A DNA stretch of 64,000 bases from an uncultured Thermoplasmata archaeon. Its GTDB lineage: Archaea > Thermoplasmatota > Thermoplasmata > RBG-16-68-12. Positions 18,204 to 28,125 of this stretch are shown here, piece after piece. The DNA lies in the NCBI GenBank assembly GCA_963768855.1, contig CAVYJM010000006.1, positions 288,001-352,000 of the forward strand. Direction: 5' to 3'. Both the position numbers and the translations under genes were made by a program. The notes below the pieces were generated by a model. The model saw only the letters and a list, made by a program, of their open reading frames with translations. It made no database searches and was not told where the DNA came from. Each line of letters opens with the position of its first letter. Within the stretch, counting starts at the first letter, position 1.

Positions 18204-19346
18204 ATGCCCCCCGCGCCGCCGCTGCCGACCGCTGATCGGACCTCGCATCCGTTCCATACGCACGACATGATCCACGAGATCCCCGATTCGTTCAAGGAGA
18301 CCCTGCGTCGGCTCGCGGGGCCCGCGAAGCAAACCGCCGCTGGACTGGCGGATTGTTCTTTCCTCGCGTTCACGGGGTGCGGCACTGCGTTCTACGCGGC
18401 GATGCTGGCGCAGCGGTTCGCGGCTGCCACGCCCTCCGACCGGATTCGGTCCGCCGCGGTCGACGCGTTCGAGCTCTCGAGGTACGCGCCCCGGATCGAT
18501 CGTTCGAGCGGCGTGGTCGGCATCTCCCACAGCGGGATCACGAAGACGACGGTCGATGCGTTGCGGGATGCAAAGTCCCGCGGAGCTCGGACCATCGGGA
18601 TCACCCACTTCGCGGACCGCCCGATCGCCGCCGCATCGGATGAGACCCTGATCGCGGGCAACAGTCCCGATCTGTCGCGGTGCCACACGAAGTCCTTTGT
18701 CGGTGGTGCCGTGGCGGCCAGCCTCGTTGGGTTGGAATGGCGCGCCACCGCAGGCCGCGAACCCCAAACAAGCATCGAATCCGCGGTGAGGGCGCTCGAG
18801 CCTCTGCCCTCCCTGTTGCGTGGGGTGATTCGGTCCACGGAGAAGGTCTGCGAGGAGCTCGCCGCGTCCCAGCTCGACCGCCGTACCGTTGCGTTCGTGG
18901 GCGGCGGGCCCAACCTGTCGACGGCCTTCGAGGCCGCCCTCAAGGTCCGGGAGTCGAGCTTCCTTCCCGCCCTCGGGATGGAGATCGAAGATTTCCTCCA
19001 CGGATCCTGGCAATGGCTTGACGAGAGGAGCCTGATCTTCGTGGTCGCCTCCGAGGGGAGGTCCCGTGCGCGGGCCCTCGATCTCATCAAGGCGGCGCGC
19101 CTCGTCGGGGCGCATGTGGTCGCGCTCGCGGCGGAGGAGGACCGGGAGGTCGAGGAGGCCGCCACGACGGTCCTTCCGGTCCCGAGCGTGGACGAAGTTA
19201 TATCGCCGTTCGTGAATATTATGCCGCTATACCTGTTCGCCTACTACTCGAGCGTCCAGCGCGGCAACAACCCGGACCTCCTGAGGTATCTCGACGCGAC
19301 GTACTGGAGCGCACGCCAGATCGTGTTCCCGCCCGGAACCCACTGA
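18204..19346 (+). CDS. Double SIS-domain sugar isomerase/deaminase (GlmS C-terminus/FrlB-like)
   Basis: EIHEIP-like start, GCGTA, ISHSGIT, HTKS, EAALKVRE. Confidence 0.82.
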   Translation: MPPAPPLPTADRTSHPFHTHDMIHEIPDSFKETLRRLAGPAKQTAAGLADCSFLAFTGCGTAFYAAMLAQRFAAATPSDRIRSAAVDAFELSRYAPRIDRSSGVVGISHSGITKTTVDALRDAKSRGARTIGITHFADRPIAAASDETLIAGNSPDLSRCHTKSFVGGAVAASLVGLEWRATAGREPQTSIESAVRALEPLPSLLRGVIRSTEKVCEELAASQLDRRTVAFVGGGPNLSTAFEAALKVRESSFLPALGMEIEDFLHGSWQWLDERSLIFVVASEGRSRARALDLIKAARLVGAHVVALAAEEDREVEEAATTVLPVPSVDEVISPFVNIMPLYLFAYYSSVQRGNNPDLLRYLDATYWSARQIVFPPGTH

Positions 19347-19356
19347 CGCCCGCGGC

Positions 19357-20796
19357 TCATGGGACGAACTCGGCGAGGACCCGGCCCAGGTTGTCCGCGA
19401 CGTCTGTGGCCGTGAGGCCGTAGCTCTTCACCTTGAAGGCCAGGTCCCCTGCGTATCCGTTCGAGAACGCTCCGAGCCGCGCCGCATCGTAGGGCCGGAG
19501 CCCCTTGGACAGGAGTCCGCCGACTGCGCCACACAGGACGTCCCCGGTCCCTCCCACGGTCATCCCCGCGTTCCCCGTGTAGTTGAGCTTCGTCCGCGCC
19601 CCGTCGCTCACGATGTCGACGTGGCCCTTGAGCAGGATCGTGATTCCGAGGACCCGCGCGGCCTCCTGGACCATCTTGGCCCGTTCCTCGAGCGTGTCCG
19701 GGAGCGTCTTCCCGGTCAGGGCGGTAAACTCTCGCGAGTGCGGCGTGGCCACGGCCCGCTTCTTCGCGAGGACCGTGGGCTCCTGACCGACCGCGCGGAT
19801 CGCGTCCGCGTCGAAGACGAGGGGCTTGTCGACGACCTTGATCACCGCCCGGATCGTGTCGAGGGTTCCCGGAGCCTCGCCGAGGCCGGGTCCGATCGCA
19901 ATCGCGTCGGACTTCGCGACCAGCTCGAGGATGATTTCGAGGTCCTCATGGAGGAGGCGGTGACCGACCAGGGGATGCACGATGAAGTTCGGCGAGTACG
20001 ACGCGACGACTTCGGCGGCGAGCGCGGGCGTCGCGATGTGGACGAGGTCCGCCCCCATCCCGAGGGCGCCCATCGCCACGAGGGCCGGCGCGCCCGTGAA
20101 GGGTCCGCCGGCCAGGATCAGGAGGCTCCCATTCTGCCCCTTGTGGCTCTCCGACTTCGGGGTGGGATAGAGCACGAATTCCCCGGGCCCGATCGTTCGG
20201 GCGATCCGCGCGGGGATGCCGATGTCCGCGATCCGGATTGTCCCGGAGTTCTCCGGCGTCATCCCTTCCTTTGCGTCGTACATCGAGACGGTGACCTTCG
20301 GCTTGACGACGAAGTCCGTGCCGAGCCCGCTCGGTACGTCCACGCTCAGGATCGGCTTCCCGGAGGCGTTCATCTCCCGGATGAGCGCGGCGTAGGGTTC
20401 CCGGAGGGCACCTTCGACGCCGATTCCCAGGAGGGCGTCGATGATCAGGTCCGCATCGGCCATCGCGGCCTCGCTCCGGTCCAGTCCCTCGAAGACCGGC
20501 ACGTCCTCGAGCCGCCCGAAGTTCGTCCGCGCCTCCTGGGTCGCGAGCTGATCGGGTGGCCTCGCCAGGAGGATCGTGACGTTGGCTTCCCCCGCGAGCA
20601 GGCGCGCGGCGACGAATCCGTCCCCGCCGTTGTTGCCCGTGCCGCAGACCACGAGGACCTTCTTGCCCGCGATCCCGAAGTCCGCACGCGCGGCCTCCGC
20701 GACGCCCTTCCCCGCGTTCTCCATGAGGTCGAGGATCGACACGCCGAAGTGTTGCGCGTTCCGGTCGAGGACGCGCATCTCAGTGGCGGAGATCAT
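19357..20796 (-). CDS. nnr: Bifunctional NAD(P)HX epimerase/dehydratase
   Basis: GTGNNGGDG, DALLGIG, SHKGQNG, IGPGLG, TPHSREF, GGTGDVL. Confidence 0.94.
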   Translation of the reverse strand: MISATEMRVLDRNAQHFGVSILDLMENAGKGVAEAARADFGIAGKKVLVVCGTGNNGGDGFVAARLLAGEANVTILLARPPDQLATQEARTNFGRLEDVPVFEGLDRSEAAMADADLIIDALLGIGVEGALREPYAALIREMNASGKPILSVDVPSGLGTDFVVKPKVTVSMYDAKEGMTPENSGTIRIADIGIPARIARTIGPGEFVLYPTPKSESHKGQNGSLLILAGGPFTGAPALVAMGALGMGADLVHIATPALAAEVVASYSPNFIVHPLVGHRLLHEDLEIILELVAKSDAIAIGPGLGEAPGTLDTIRAVIKVVDKPLVFDADAIRAVGQEPTVLAKKRAVATPHSREFTALTGKTLPDTLEERAKMVQEAARVLGITILLKGHVDIVSDGARTKLNYTGNAGMTVGGTGDVLCGAVGGLLSKGLRPYDAARLGAFSNGYAGDLAFKVKSYGLTATDVADNLGRVLAEFVP

Positions 20797-20869
20797 CGGC
20801 CGCGCATCCGACCGTATCTAGTTAAACCTTGGGCGATGGCTTAACAATGCTCGGGGCATTTCCGCGGCC

Positions 20870-21949
20870 GTGGACCTGCGCCCCCTCCGTCCGTTCGCTT
20901 GGGCACTCGTGCTGCTGCTCTTCATCCCCGCGAGCCTCGTCGTGGACCTGGTATACGGTCCCGGCGTCCCCGTGTTCGCCGCGGCCGGCCTGGCGATCGT
21001 GCCTCTCGCCTGGTTCATGGGCCTCGCCACGGAGGAAATCGGGAAGCATGCGGGACCCGGCATCGGCGGCCTGCTCAACGCCACCTTCGGAAACGCGACG
21101 GAGCTCATCATCGCGCTGTTCGCCCTGGCAGGCGGCCTCCAGGACGTCGTCAAGGCCTCCCTCTCGGGCTCGATCATCGGGAACCTTCTCCTCGTCCTCG
21201 GGCTGAGCATGCTGGCGGGCGGCTTGCGGCACAAGAGCCAATCCTTCTCCCGTGAGGCTTCGGGAATCCACACGACCATGCTCCTCGTCGCGGTCATCGG
21301 CCTCGTCATGCCCGCCCTCTACGTGTTCTCGGCGCGGGCGACCGGGGCGGTCAACACCCTCGTCCTGGACGAGATGAGCTTGGGCATCGCCGCGATCCTC
21401 TTCGCCGCGTACGTGTTCGGCCTCCTGTTCTCCCTCCGCACGCACCGGGACATCTTCAACCCGGTCTCGGAGCGGGACGAGAAGCCGCGGTGGTCCCTCC
21501 GGACCGCCCTCCTCGTCCTGCTCGTCTCGACCGTCCTCGTGGCGGGGGAGAGCGAGCTCCTCGTCGGCTCCCTGGAGGCGGCCCGCGCGTCCCTGGGCCT
21601 CACGAACCTCTTCCTGGGCGTGGTCGTCGTCGCGATCGTCGGGAATGCGGCCGAGCACGGGAGCGCGGTGCTCATGGCGGTCCGGAACAAGATGGACCTG
21701 AGCATCGCGGTGGCCATGACCTCCACCACGCAGATCGCCCTGTTCGTCGCACCGGTCCTCGTCTTCGCGTCCCTGTTCACCGCCCAGGTCATGACCCTCG
21801 ATTTCGAGGTTTTCGAGCTCGTCTCCGTCGCCCTCGCCACGGCCGTGCTGGCCTCCGTCGTCTCGGACGGTCGAAGCAATTGGTACGAGGGGGTCCTCCT
21901 CGTGATGGTCTACGCCGTCATCGGCGTGGCGTTCTACTTTCATCCCTAG
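20870..21949 (+). CDS. cax: Ca2+/H+ antiporter (CaCA family)
   Basis: GGLLNATFGNATELII and GNAAEH alpha repeats. Confidence 0.92.
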   Translation: MDLRPLRPFAWALVLLLFIPASLVVDLVYGPGVPVFAAAGLAIVPLAWFMGLATEEIGKHAGPGIGGLLNATFGNATELIIALFALAGGLQDVVKASLSGSIIGNLLLVLGLSMLAGGLRHKSQSFSREASGIHTTMLLVAVIGLVMPALYVFSARATGAVNTLVLDEMSLGIAAILFAAYVFGLLFSLRTHRDIFNPVSERDEKPRWSLRTALLVLLVSTVLVAGESELLVGSLEAARASLGLTNLFLGVVVVAIVGNAAEHGSAVLMAVRNKMDLSIAVAMTSTTQIALFVAPVLVFASLFTAQVMTLDFEVFELVSVALATAVLASVVSDGRSNWYEGVLLVMVYAVIGVAFYFHP

Positions 21950-21961
21950 GCGCGCTGCGCG

Positions 21962-22270
21962 TCAGGTCCGCAGCTTGCGGCCCACGAGCTTCTCGACCTT
22001 GCGGACCTTCTCCTCGATCTGGTTCGACACACCCTTTCGGTCATCGATCTTGATGATGGTCGAGACCCGGTCGCAATCCGACGCGACGGCCTTGTGGCAT
22101 CGGCCGATGAGCGCCAGGACCTCGTCGAACGGGCCTTCGACCACGGTCCCCATCGGATTGAGCCGGTAGGCGAGTCCGCTTCGGTCCACGAGGTCGAGGC
22201 AACGGGCCACGTACGCCGAGACGCTGGCTCCTTTCCCGGCAGGCGAGATGCTGAACTCCGCGATCGTCAT
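21962..22270 (-). CDS. MTH1187/YkoF family thiamine-binding protein
   Basis: AEFSISPAG, SVSAYVA, YRLNPMGTVVEG, IKIDDR. Confidence 0.9.
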   Translation of the reverse strand: MTIAEFSISPAGKGASVSAYVARCLDLVDRSGLAYRLNPMGTVVEGPFDEVLALIGRCHKAVASDCDRVSTIIKIDDRKGVSNQIEEKVRKVEKLVGRKLRT

Positions 22271-22316
22271 GGGCAGTCTCGACACCCTGATATCCCGAGC
22301 CGTTCTTGCGCCTTTC

Positions 22317-23048
22317 GTGCCCGTCGACTATGCGAGGCTCGCGGCTGACTACGACGCGGTGCGCGGGAGCGACGCGCTCGACCGGGAGTATTGGTTCGCA
22401 GCCCTCGCCGAACTGGGCCGCCTTCGGCCGGGCGATCGGATCCTGGACCTGGGCGCGGGCACGGGGCGCTTCGCCCGCTTCGCCTCGGAGGTCGGCAGGG
22501 TGGTTGCCGCCGATCGATCATTGGACATGCTCGCTCGTGCGCGCGGGAAGGGCACCTTCCCCCTCGTGCGTGCGGACGCCCATTCGCTGCCGTTCCGACC
22601 CGATGCGTTCGACGTCACGCTCCTCGTGATGGTCCTCCATCAGCTCGCCGACCTCCCGAGGGCCCTCCGCGAGGTCGCACGCGTGTCGCGCCGCGTCGCG
22701 ATCGCGACCTCGGACATGCGCACGAGGACGATGGGCCTCCTCGACGAGGCGTTCCCGAGCCTGCTGGAGATCGACCGGGCCCGTTTTCCCCCCATCGACC
22801 GGGTCACGGAGTCGCTCCGGGCCGCCGGGTTCTCCAAGGTGGTCGTGCAGGACCGTCCGTACCGCCGCACGCTGAGCGTCGCCGAGGAGCTCGATCGGGT
22901 CCGGCGGAAGTACATCTCCACGTTCGACCTGCTTCCTCCCGGAGAGTTCGAACGGGGCCTGGCGTTCCTCGAGCGGGAGCTTCCGAAGCGCTATGGCGAC
23001 CGCTTCGACACATCGGCGGCGTTCACGTTCCTAGGCGCCTCAAGGTGA
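22317..23048 (+). CDS. Class I SAM-dependent methyltransferase
   Basis: ILDLGAGTG, ADAHSLPF; GTG start at 22317 inferred. Confidence 0.85.
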   Translation: MPVDYARLAADYDAVRGSDALDREYWFAALAELGRLRPGDRILDLGAGTGRFARFASEVGRVVAADRSLDMLARARGKGTFPLVRADAHSLPFRPDAFDVTLLVMVLHQLADLPRALREVARVSRRVAIATSDMRTRTMGLLDEAFPSLLEIDRARFPPIDRVTESLRAAGFSKVVVQDRPYRRTLSVAEELDRVRRKYISTFDLLPPGEFERGLAFLERELPKRYGDRFDTSAAFTFLGASR

Positions 23049-23586
23049 GCTCGGCCTGCGGGGCGCACTCCGCGCAGTACGCAGGGCCCTTCCGATCCGT
23101 GTCCGCGAGCGTCTCGGAGTAGTGCATGACGCAGCCCGGGTTCTGCGTGTCGTGGGCCAGCCCGAGGGTGTGACCGAGCTCGTGGACCGCCTCTTTCACA
23201 CACCGGTCCAGGAAACGGTGCCTCCGGGCCGCGGCCCGCCCCTGTAGCAATCTCGGCCGCGCTCCGGTGCGGCGCGGCGGGCGCTGCAGGCGTGCGAGGG
23301 AGATGACCGCGGCCCGCCCTCCGATCTGCGCGTATCCGAACACAGACCGCAGCTCGCCCTCGTACAGGTCCGCGTCCGTCACGCCGAGGACCCGGTCGCC
23401 GGGCTCCGCCAGGCAGGTCTCGAACAGGTCCGTCGCCCGATACCGGCCGCGGTCCTCGTCCTCCGGAGTAGGGGGCAGCGGGGACGCCTGGGCGACGGTG
23501 ACTTCCCCGAAGCCCGCGAGGTGCTCCCGCAGATGATCGAGCACTCGAGCGTCCACCGATCCGATCGGCTTCAGCGTGACGTTCAT
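23023..23586 (-). CDS. amzA: Archaemetzincin zinc protease
   Basis: HELGHTLGLAH, CVMHYS, YCAEC; ATG overlaps the rtcB stop. Confidence 0.9.
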   Translation of the reverse strand: MNVTLKPIGSVDARVLDHLREHLAGFGEVTVAQASPLPPTPEDEDRGRYRATDLFETCLAEPGDRVLGVTDADLYEGELRSVFGYAQIGGRAAVISLARLQRPPRRTGARPRLLQGRAAARRHRFLDRCVKEAVHELGHTLGLAHDTQNPGCVMHYSETLADTDRKGPAYCAECAPQAELTLRRLGT

Positions 23587-25043
23587 CCCTTGACGACCCC
23601 GAGGGGGACCATCCGGGCGACGATCTTGGTCAGGCCCGCGCCTTCCGCGATGCGGACCACGTCCTCGACGTTCTTGTAGGCGCCGGGTGCCTCCTCGACG
23701 ATGCCCGCCTTGGTCGCCGCGTGGAGGTAGATCCCCCGGTCTCCGAGGCTCTTCACGACCTCGCTCGCGCGATAGGTCCGGGTCGCGGCGGCCCGCGACA
23801 TGAGCCGGCCGGCGCCGTGGCAGCTCGAGCCGAAGGAGCGCGTCATGGCGGATGGAAGGCCGACGAGGACGAAGGAGCAGGTCCCCATGTCCCCCGGGAT
23901 GAGGACGGGCTGGCCGACGCTCTGGTATTCGTGCGGCGTCTCCGGATGGCCGGCAGGGAACGCCCGGGTGGCGCCCTTGCGATGCACGACCACCTTGCGC
24001 CTCCGCCCGTCGACCTCGTGGTCCTCGACCTTGCCGATGTTGTGGCAGACGTCGTACACGATCTCGATGCCGAGGTCTTCCGCGGAACGGCCCAAGGTCT
24101 TGGCGAACGCGTTGCGGACGCCGAACGTGATGACCTGGCGGTTGGTCCATGCGAAGTTCGCCCCGCAGCACATCGCGGCCCAGTAGTCCTGGCCCTCTTT
24201 GGAGTGCACGGGTGCGCACGCGAGCTGCAGGTCCGGGAGGTCGATCTTCTCCCGCTTGACGACGCCCTCGCACGTCGCGATGTAGTCCGACGCGATCTGG
24301 TGGCCGAACCCCCTCGAGCCAGTGTGGATCATCACGCAGACCTGGCCGGGCTGCTCGAGGCCCAGGGCCTTCGCCGCGGCCTCGTCGTAGATCCGGTCCA
24401 CCTTCTGGACCTCCAGGAAGTGGTTGCCGGAGCCCAGGCTCCCGACCTGGTCCTTCCCGCGCGAGATGGCCCGGTCGCTCACCTTCTCGAACGCCGCGTC
24501 CGCGAGGTGGCCCTCGGCCTCGATGTGCCTCGGGTCGTCCGGCCAGGCGTACCCCTTCTCGACCGCCCACGCGACGCCCTCCGTCGTCAGGCGCCCGAGG
24601 TCCTGGCGGGAGACCTTCGCGAGGCCGCCTTGGCCCACGCCGCTCGGGACGTTGTGGAACATCGTGTCCACGAGCTCGCGGATCCTCGGCCGGACGTCCG
24701 CCTCCGTGAGGCTCGTCCGCAGGAGCCGGACGCCGCAGTTGATGTCGAACCCGATGCCGCCCGGCGAGATGACGCCCTCGTCGTGGTCGAACGCGGCCAC
24801 GCCACCGATCGGGAAGCCGTAGCCCCAGTGGATGTCGGGCATCGCCATGGAACGCCCGACGATTCCGGGCATCGTCGCGACGTTCACGACCTGCTCCGCG
24901 GCCTGGTCCTGGCGGAGCTGGGCGATCATGGGCTCGTCGATGAAGATGAGGCCGCTCGTGCGCATCTGCGGCTTGTAGGATTGGGGAATCTCGTACGCGT
25001 ACGGATCGAGCCGGTTCAGCGGTCCTCGCCATCCCTCGCCCAT
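23583..25043 (-). CDS. rtcB: tRNA-splicing ligase RtcB
   Basis: MPDIHWGYGFPIG, DINCG, GSGNHF, HTGSRG, HRKGAT, HGAGR; no intein. Confidence 0.97.
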   Translation of the reverse strand: MGEGWRGPLNRLDPYAYEIPQSYKPQMRTSGLIFIDEPMIAQLRQDQAAEQVVNVATMPGIVGRSMAMPDIHWGYGFPIGGVAAFDHDEGVISPGGIGFDINCGVRLLRTSLTEADVRPRIRELVDTMFHNVPSGVGQGGLAKVSRQDLGRLTTEGVAWAVEKGYAWPDDPRHIEAEGHLADAAFEKVSDRAISRGKDQVGSLGSGNHFLEVQKVDRIYDEAAAKALGLEQPGQVCVMIHTGSRGFGHQIASDYIATCEGVVKREKIDLPDLQLACAPVHSKEGQDYWAAMCCGANFAWTNRQVITFGVRNAFAKTLGRSAEDLGIEIVYDVCHNIGKVEDHEVDGRRRKVVVHRKGATRAFPAGHPETPHEYQSVGQPVLIPGDMGTCSFVLVGLPSAMTRSFGSSCHGAGRLMSRAAATRTYRASEVVKSLGDRGIYLHAATKAGIVEEAPGAYKNVEDVVRIAEGAGLTKIVARMVPLGVVKG

Positions 25044-25103
25044 CGTGCGCCTCGGGGCTGACGATGGGCCAAATCCAGATAAACGTTCGTGAGCCGGAGA
25101 ACG

Positions 25104-25126
25104 GTCTTCGAATCGGGTGCGAAGAC
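25104..25126. promoter_or_regulatory. Inverted repeat next to the rtcB promoter
   Basis: GTCTTCG-N9-CGAAGAC just upstream of a minus-strand TTTAT box near 25078-25082. Confidence 0.25.
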
Positions 25127-25259
25127 GTGTCAGGATCGGACCGCAGTCCGTCGCGGCGGGCCGCGGCATCCCATCACACGGGCCTCGAGTCGACTCCCGG
25201 TTCCCCTGTCTCCTTGAGTGCAAACTCGCTCAGGCTGCCGGAATCACAGAAAGGGAAGA

Positions 25260-25284
25260 GACGGAACCCGGTCGGGGTTCCGTC
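25260..25284 (-). terminator. Hairpin terminator after the surface protein gene
   Basis: Perfect 10-bp stem GACGGAACCC/GGGTTCCGTC with a 5-nt loop, followed on the minus strand by a pyrimidine run. Confidence 0.6.
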
Positions 25285-25295
25285 GTTCGTTCGCG

Positions 25296-27539
25296 CTAGG
25301 TTTCGATTCTCGATGGCGACCTGGGCACCGGCATCGCAGCGGACATCATCCGGTCCCCCACGACGGCTGTCACTTCGTGTCCCGACGGGAGGGGGAGCGT
25401 CCCGGCTACCGAGCCGCTCGGGACCGTCGCGGGCAGGCTGAGCCCGCCCGCGACGTAATTCCCTGTAATCGTCGTGAGAGCGTTCGCCGTCACGATCGCG
25501 GTCTGCGGCGCGGGGGTCACGTAGCCGGGCACGTCACCGAAGCTCACCGTGTAGGTCCCCGGGGCCACGGCCATCCACATACCCCAGTCGTTCCGCGCGA
25601 CCCCGTTGACGAACACGGTGCCCGCCACCGCCCCGCCTCCCTGGGTCACCCGGAGGAATCCTTGGGCCTTGAACTCACCGTTCACGTTGGTGGTCTGGGC
25701 GGCCACAACGTTCACGGTCTGGGGCCCAGGTGTCCCCAGTCCGGGCGAGTCGGTCCACGAGATCGTGTGGGATCCGGGGGCGATTTTCAGCCAGGCCAGG
25801 CCCCACTCGTCGCGCGGGATGCCGTCCACCCGGACCTGAGACCACACCCCCCACGTCGGGTGGGTGTCAATGCTCGTAGAGACACGGAGCAACCCCGGAC
25901 CCGGCTGCAGGTCGATTGACGGATAGGGGTGGGTCGGGTACTGGTCGTCACCCGTCCCGGGGGTGCCGTCCGGTCCAGGGGTCCCGGAGGGACCACCCGT
26001 CGTGGACGGCCCGGTAATCGTCCAGGTGTTCGCCGACTCGTCCCAGATGCCGTACGCGGCCGGGGCCGTCCGCATGAGATAGAGCGGCTTCTCGATGACC
26101 ACGAACTGACCCTGGGTCGGGTCAGCTCCCGCGGGCGTGAGGTTCGGGTCGTAGAAGTTCACATTCCCCTTCGGGAACGTGAACGACATGCTCTCCCCCG
26201 CCTTCAGATCCCAGGTGGTCGGAAGGTTGTCGTATCCGCCGACGACGCCGTAGTTGAACCCGCCTGCCGTTGTGTGCACGTAGGTGTACGGCGGATTGGG
26301 ATATCGGTTGATCTCCGACTGCGCGTGATGGGGGCTGAACACGCCGTAGTCCGCCAACCATGCTCCCCACTCCCAGAACGGGATATCGTCCGTCTTGTCG
26401 TACAGTCCATTCGGGCCGGGATCCGAAGCCTGCTGGAAGTGGTAGAAGATGGCGGTCGTCAGGGAGAAGTCGTGGGCCGACGCGCCAATGGTCGTCGCAA
26501 AGTGGAAGTTCTCGAACCAGGGGTACTCCATGCCCCACCAGCCCGTCCGGTGAGTGGAGTTGAGCGTGTTACCCAGGTAGCCCGCATTGCCCCAGTAGAA
26601 CGTCCGCGTGAGGAGGGCTTCCGTCCCGTCCGCAAGGTGGTCGATCTTCAGCGTGGTCGTGCCATCCCCGGCCACCGTTGCGGTCATGTTCGTGTAGAAC
26701 GGGGCGTAGTAGTACTCGTACCCGTTGAAGATGTCGAACTTCCCGGGGGTGTTGGCCGACCCAGCGAGCGTGACGACTGCATCCTGCCAGGCCGTCTCCT
26801 CCGCCCCGAGAGTGCCGCAAGCCGGGTTCGTGTTCGTGTTCCACCAGGTCTGTGCCGCGGCGGCGTTCGCAGCGACGACCCCGAACAACCGCTTGGACTC
26901 CTGGAGATCCATCGTCACGGTGATCTGCGAGCGTGCGTAGTACCCGTCGTTGAGGCTCGGGTTGAAGGAGCAGCCCGCGACGTTCTTGAGGGCGGTCCCC
27001 TGGGCCAGGGTGACGTACTCCATCTTCCAGTCAATCGACAGCGCGGCTCCGACCGCCGCGCTCGGGTTCTGAATCGGTAGGTACACCGGGTCCGTGAGCG
27101 TGTAGCCCGGCACGCTCGTCCCGACCGCATGCATGCGGTAGGGTGCCATGATGAACGGAATCGTCTTCGTGGACGCCGGGTTTGTGGATCCGGCGAACGG
27201 ATACCAGTGCACGTACGGATAGGATGCGACATCGGGCACGGCCGGGTTGGAGGGTACGCACTTGCCTTCCGCGACGCCTTCCGCGGAGAAGCACTCGGCG
27301 TTCATCGGCAGATCTCCGTACCCATGCCCCAGACGGAGGTCCCAGTACTCCTGGAAGGGAACGTTGAAGAAGTCGTAGAAATCGTAGTCGAGCGAATAGG
27401 CGGCCTGTGGTTCGACGGCGCCCACAAACGCCCCCGAGCCCGCTCGATCTCCCGCTCCGGTGAGCGCGAAACCGGCAGTCACCAGCAAGAGCACGACGAG
27501 TCCGGATACGGCGAGACCTTTGCGATCGATCACCAACAC
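25296..27539 (-). CDS. Large secreted/cell-surface protein with two C-terminal PEGA-like repeats
   Basis: N-terminal hydrophobic signal; body rich in Tyr/Trp/Asn/Thr; two similar repeats G.LRV...V.G..R..WG...APG..T.S..D.PG..TP.PQT. Confidence 0.8.
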   Translation of the reverse strand: MLVIDRKGLAVSGLVVLLLVTAGFALTGAGDRAGSGAFVGAVEPQAAYSLDYDFYDFFNVPFQEYWDLRLGHGYGDLPMNAECFSAEGVAEGKCVPSNPAVPDVASYPYVHWYPFAGSTNPASTKTIPFIMAPYRMHAVGTSVPGYTLTDPVYLPIQNPSAAVGAALSIDWKMEYVTLAQGTALKNVAGCSFNPSLNDGYYARSQITVTMDLQESKRLFGVVAANAAAAQTWWNTNTNPACGTLGAEETAWQDAVVTLAGSANTPGKFDIFNGYEYYYAPFYTNMTATVAGDGTTTLKIDHLADGTEALLTRTFYWGNAGYLGNTLNSTHRTGWWGMEYPWFENFHFATTIGASAHDFSLTTAIFYHFQQASDPGPNGLYDKTDDIPFWEWGAWLADYGVFSPHHAQSEINRYPNPPYTYVHTTAGGFNYGVVGGYDNLPTTWDLKAGESMSFTFPKGNVNFYDPNLTPAGADPTQGQFVVIEKPLYLMRTAPAAYGIWDESANTWTITGPSTTGGPSGTPGPDGTPGTGDDQYPTHPYPSIDLQPGPGLLRVSTSIDTHPTWGVWSQVRVDGIPRDEWGLAWLKIAPGSHTISWTDSPGLGTPGPQTVNVVAAQTTNVNGEFKAQGFLRVTQGGGAVAGTVFVNGVARNDWGMWMAVAPGTYTVSFGDVPGYVTPAPQTAIVTANALTTITGNYVAGGLSLPATVPSGSVAGTLPLPSGHEVTAVVGDRMMSAAMPVPRSPSRIET

Positions 27540-27922
27540 CCTCCTCCCGTCCCCGAGGGACGCTGCGGAACCGGAGAGAGGCCGCGGTTATAAGGACGAC
27601 GTGAGACCCCTCGGGAGGGGGCTCTTTGTCTCCGAAATGATAACAAAGTCCCGTGTCGCGCGGTTCCCTGGCGAACCGACAACTTCGCTCCCTCGCATGG
27701 GCCGCAGCATTGCCTTTGCGGCTGCTCGGGGCGACGACCTCAAGGAGTTCGCGGACGCATCTCACGCTCTCCATCGAAGCCCGTGAAGGCAATTCGCCGG
27801 GCCGTACACGGGTTTCGGACGCGCGGTTCGGAATACGCAAAACGATGCGTGCACGGGTAGGCTTCGGCGCTTGTCGGACGAAAGATATATCCTGTCTCGT
27901 GTCACATCATCACACGGGTTGG

Positions 27923-28060
27923 GACGAGCCCCAGAAGGCCGCTCGCCCACGCGCCGCCGCGGGTGCGGACGGACGCGCGGGCCCCGCGCTCGGACCTGCG
28001 CCATGAACTCGGTGGGGGAGGTCGTCGGGAATGCGGCGCGCGGAGGCGGCGGGGCTCGTC
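27923..28060 (+). ncRNA. Candidate structured non-coding RNA
   Basis: Nested perfect stems of 10, 5 and 8 bp plus two internal hairpins; BRE/TATA-like CGAAAGATATAT upstream; TTTTT at 28066-28070. Confidence 0.45.
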
Positions 28061-28125
28061 GCGCCTTTTTCGTTCCACCGGGGTTGGGCGAAGCTTCTTA
28101 TCGCGTCCTCCCGTTCCCGCGCGGG

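Noticed and set aside
23023-25032. 669-aa ORF as an archaemetzincin fusion
   Set aside because: The upstream part is an alternative frame of rtcB; amzA starts at the ATG at 23586 overlapping the rtcB stop
27603-27627. Terminator-like hairpin with T-run on the plus strand
   Set aside because: No plus-strand gene precedes it; imperfect stem; role unclear
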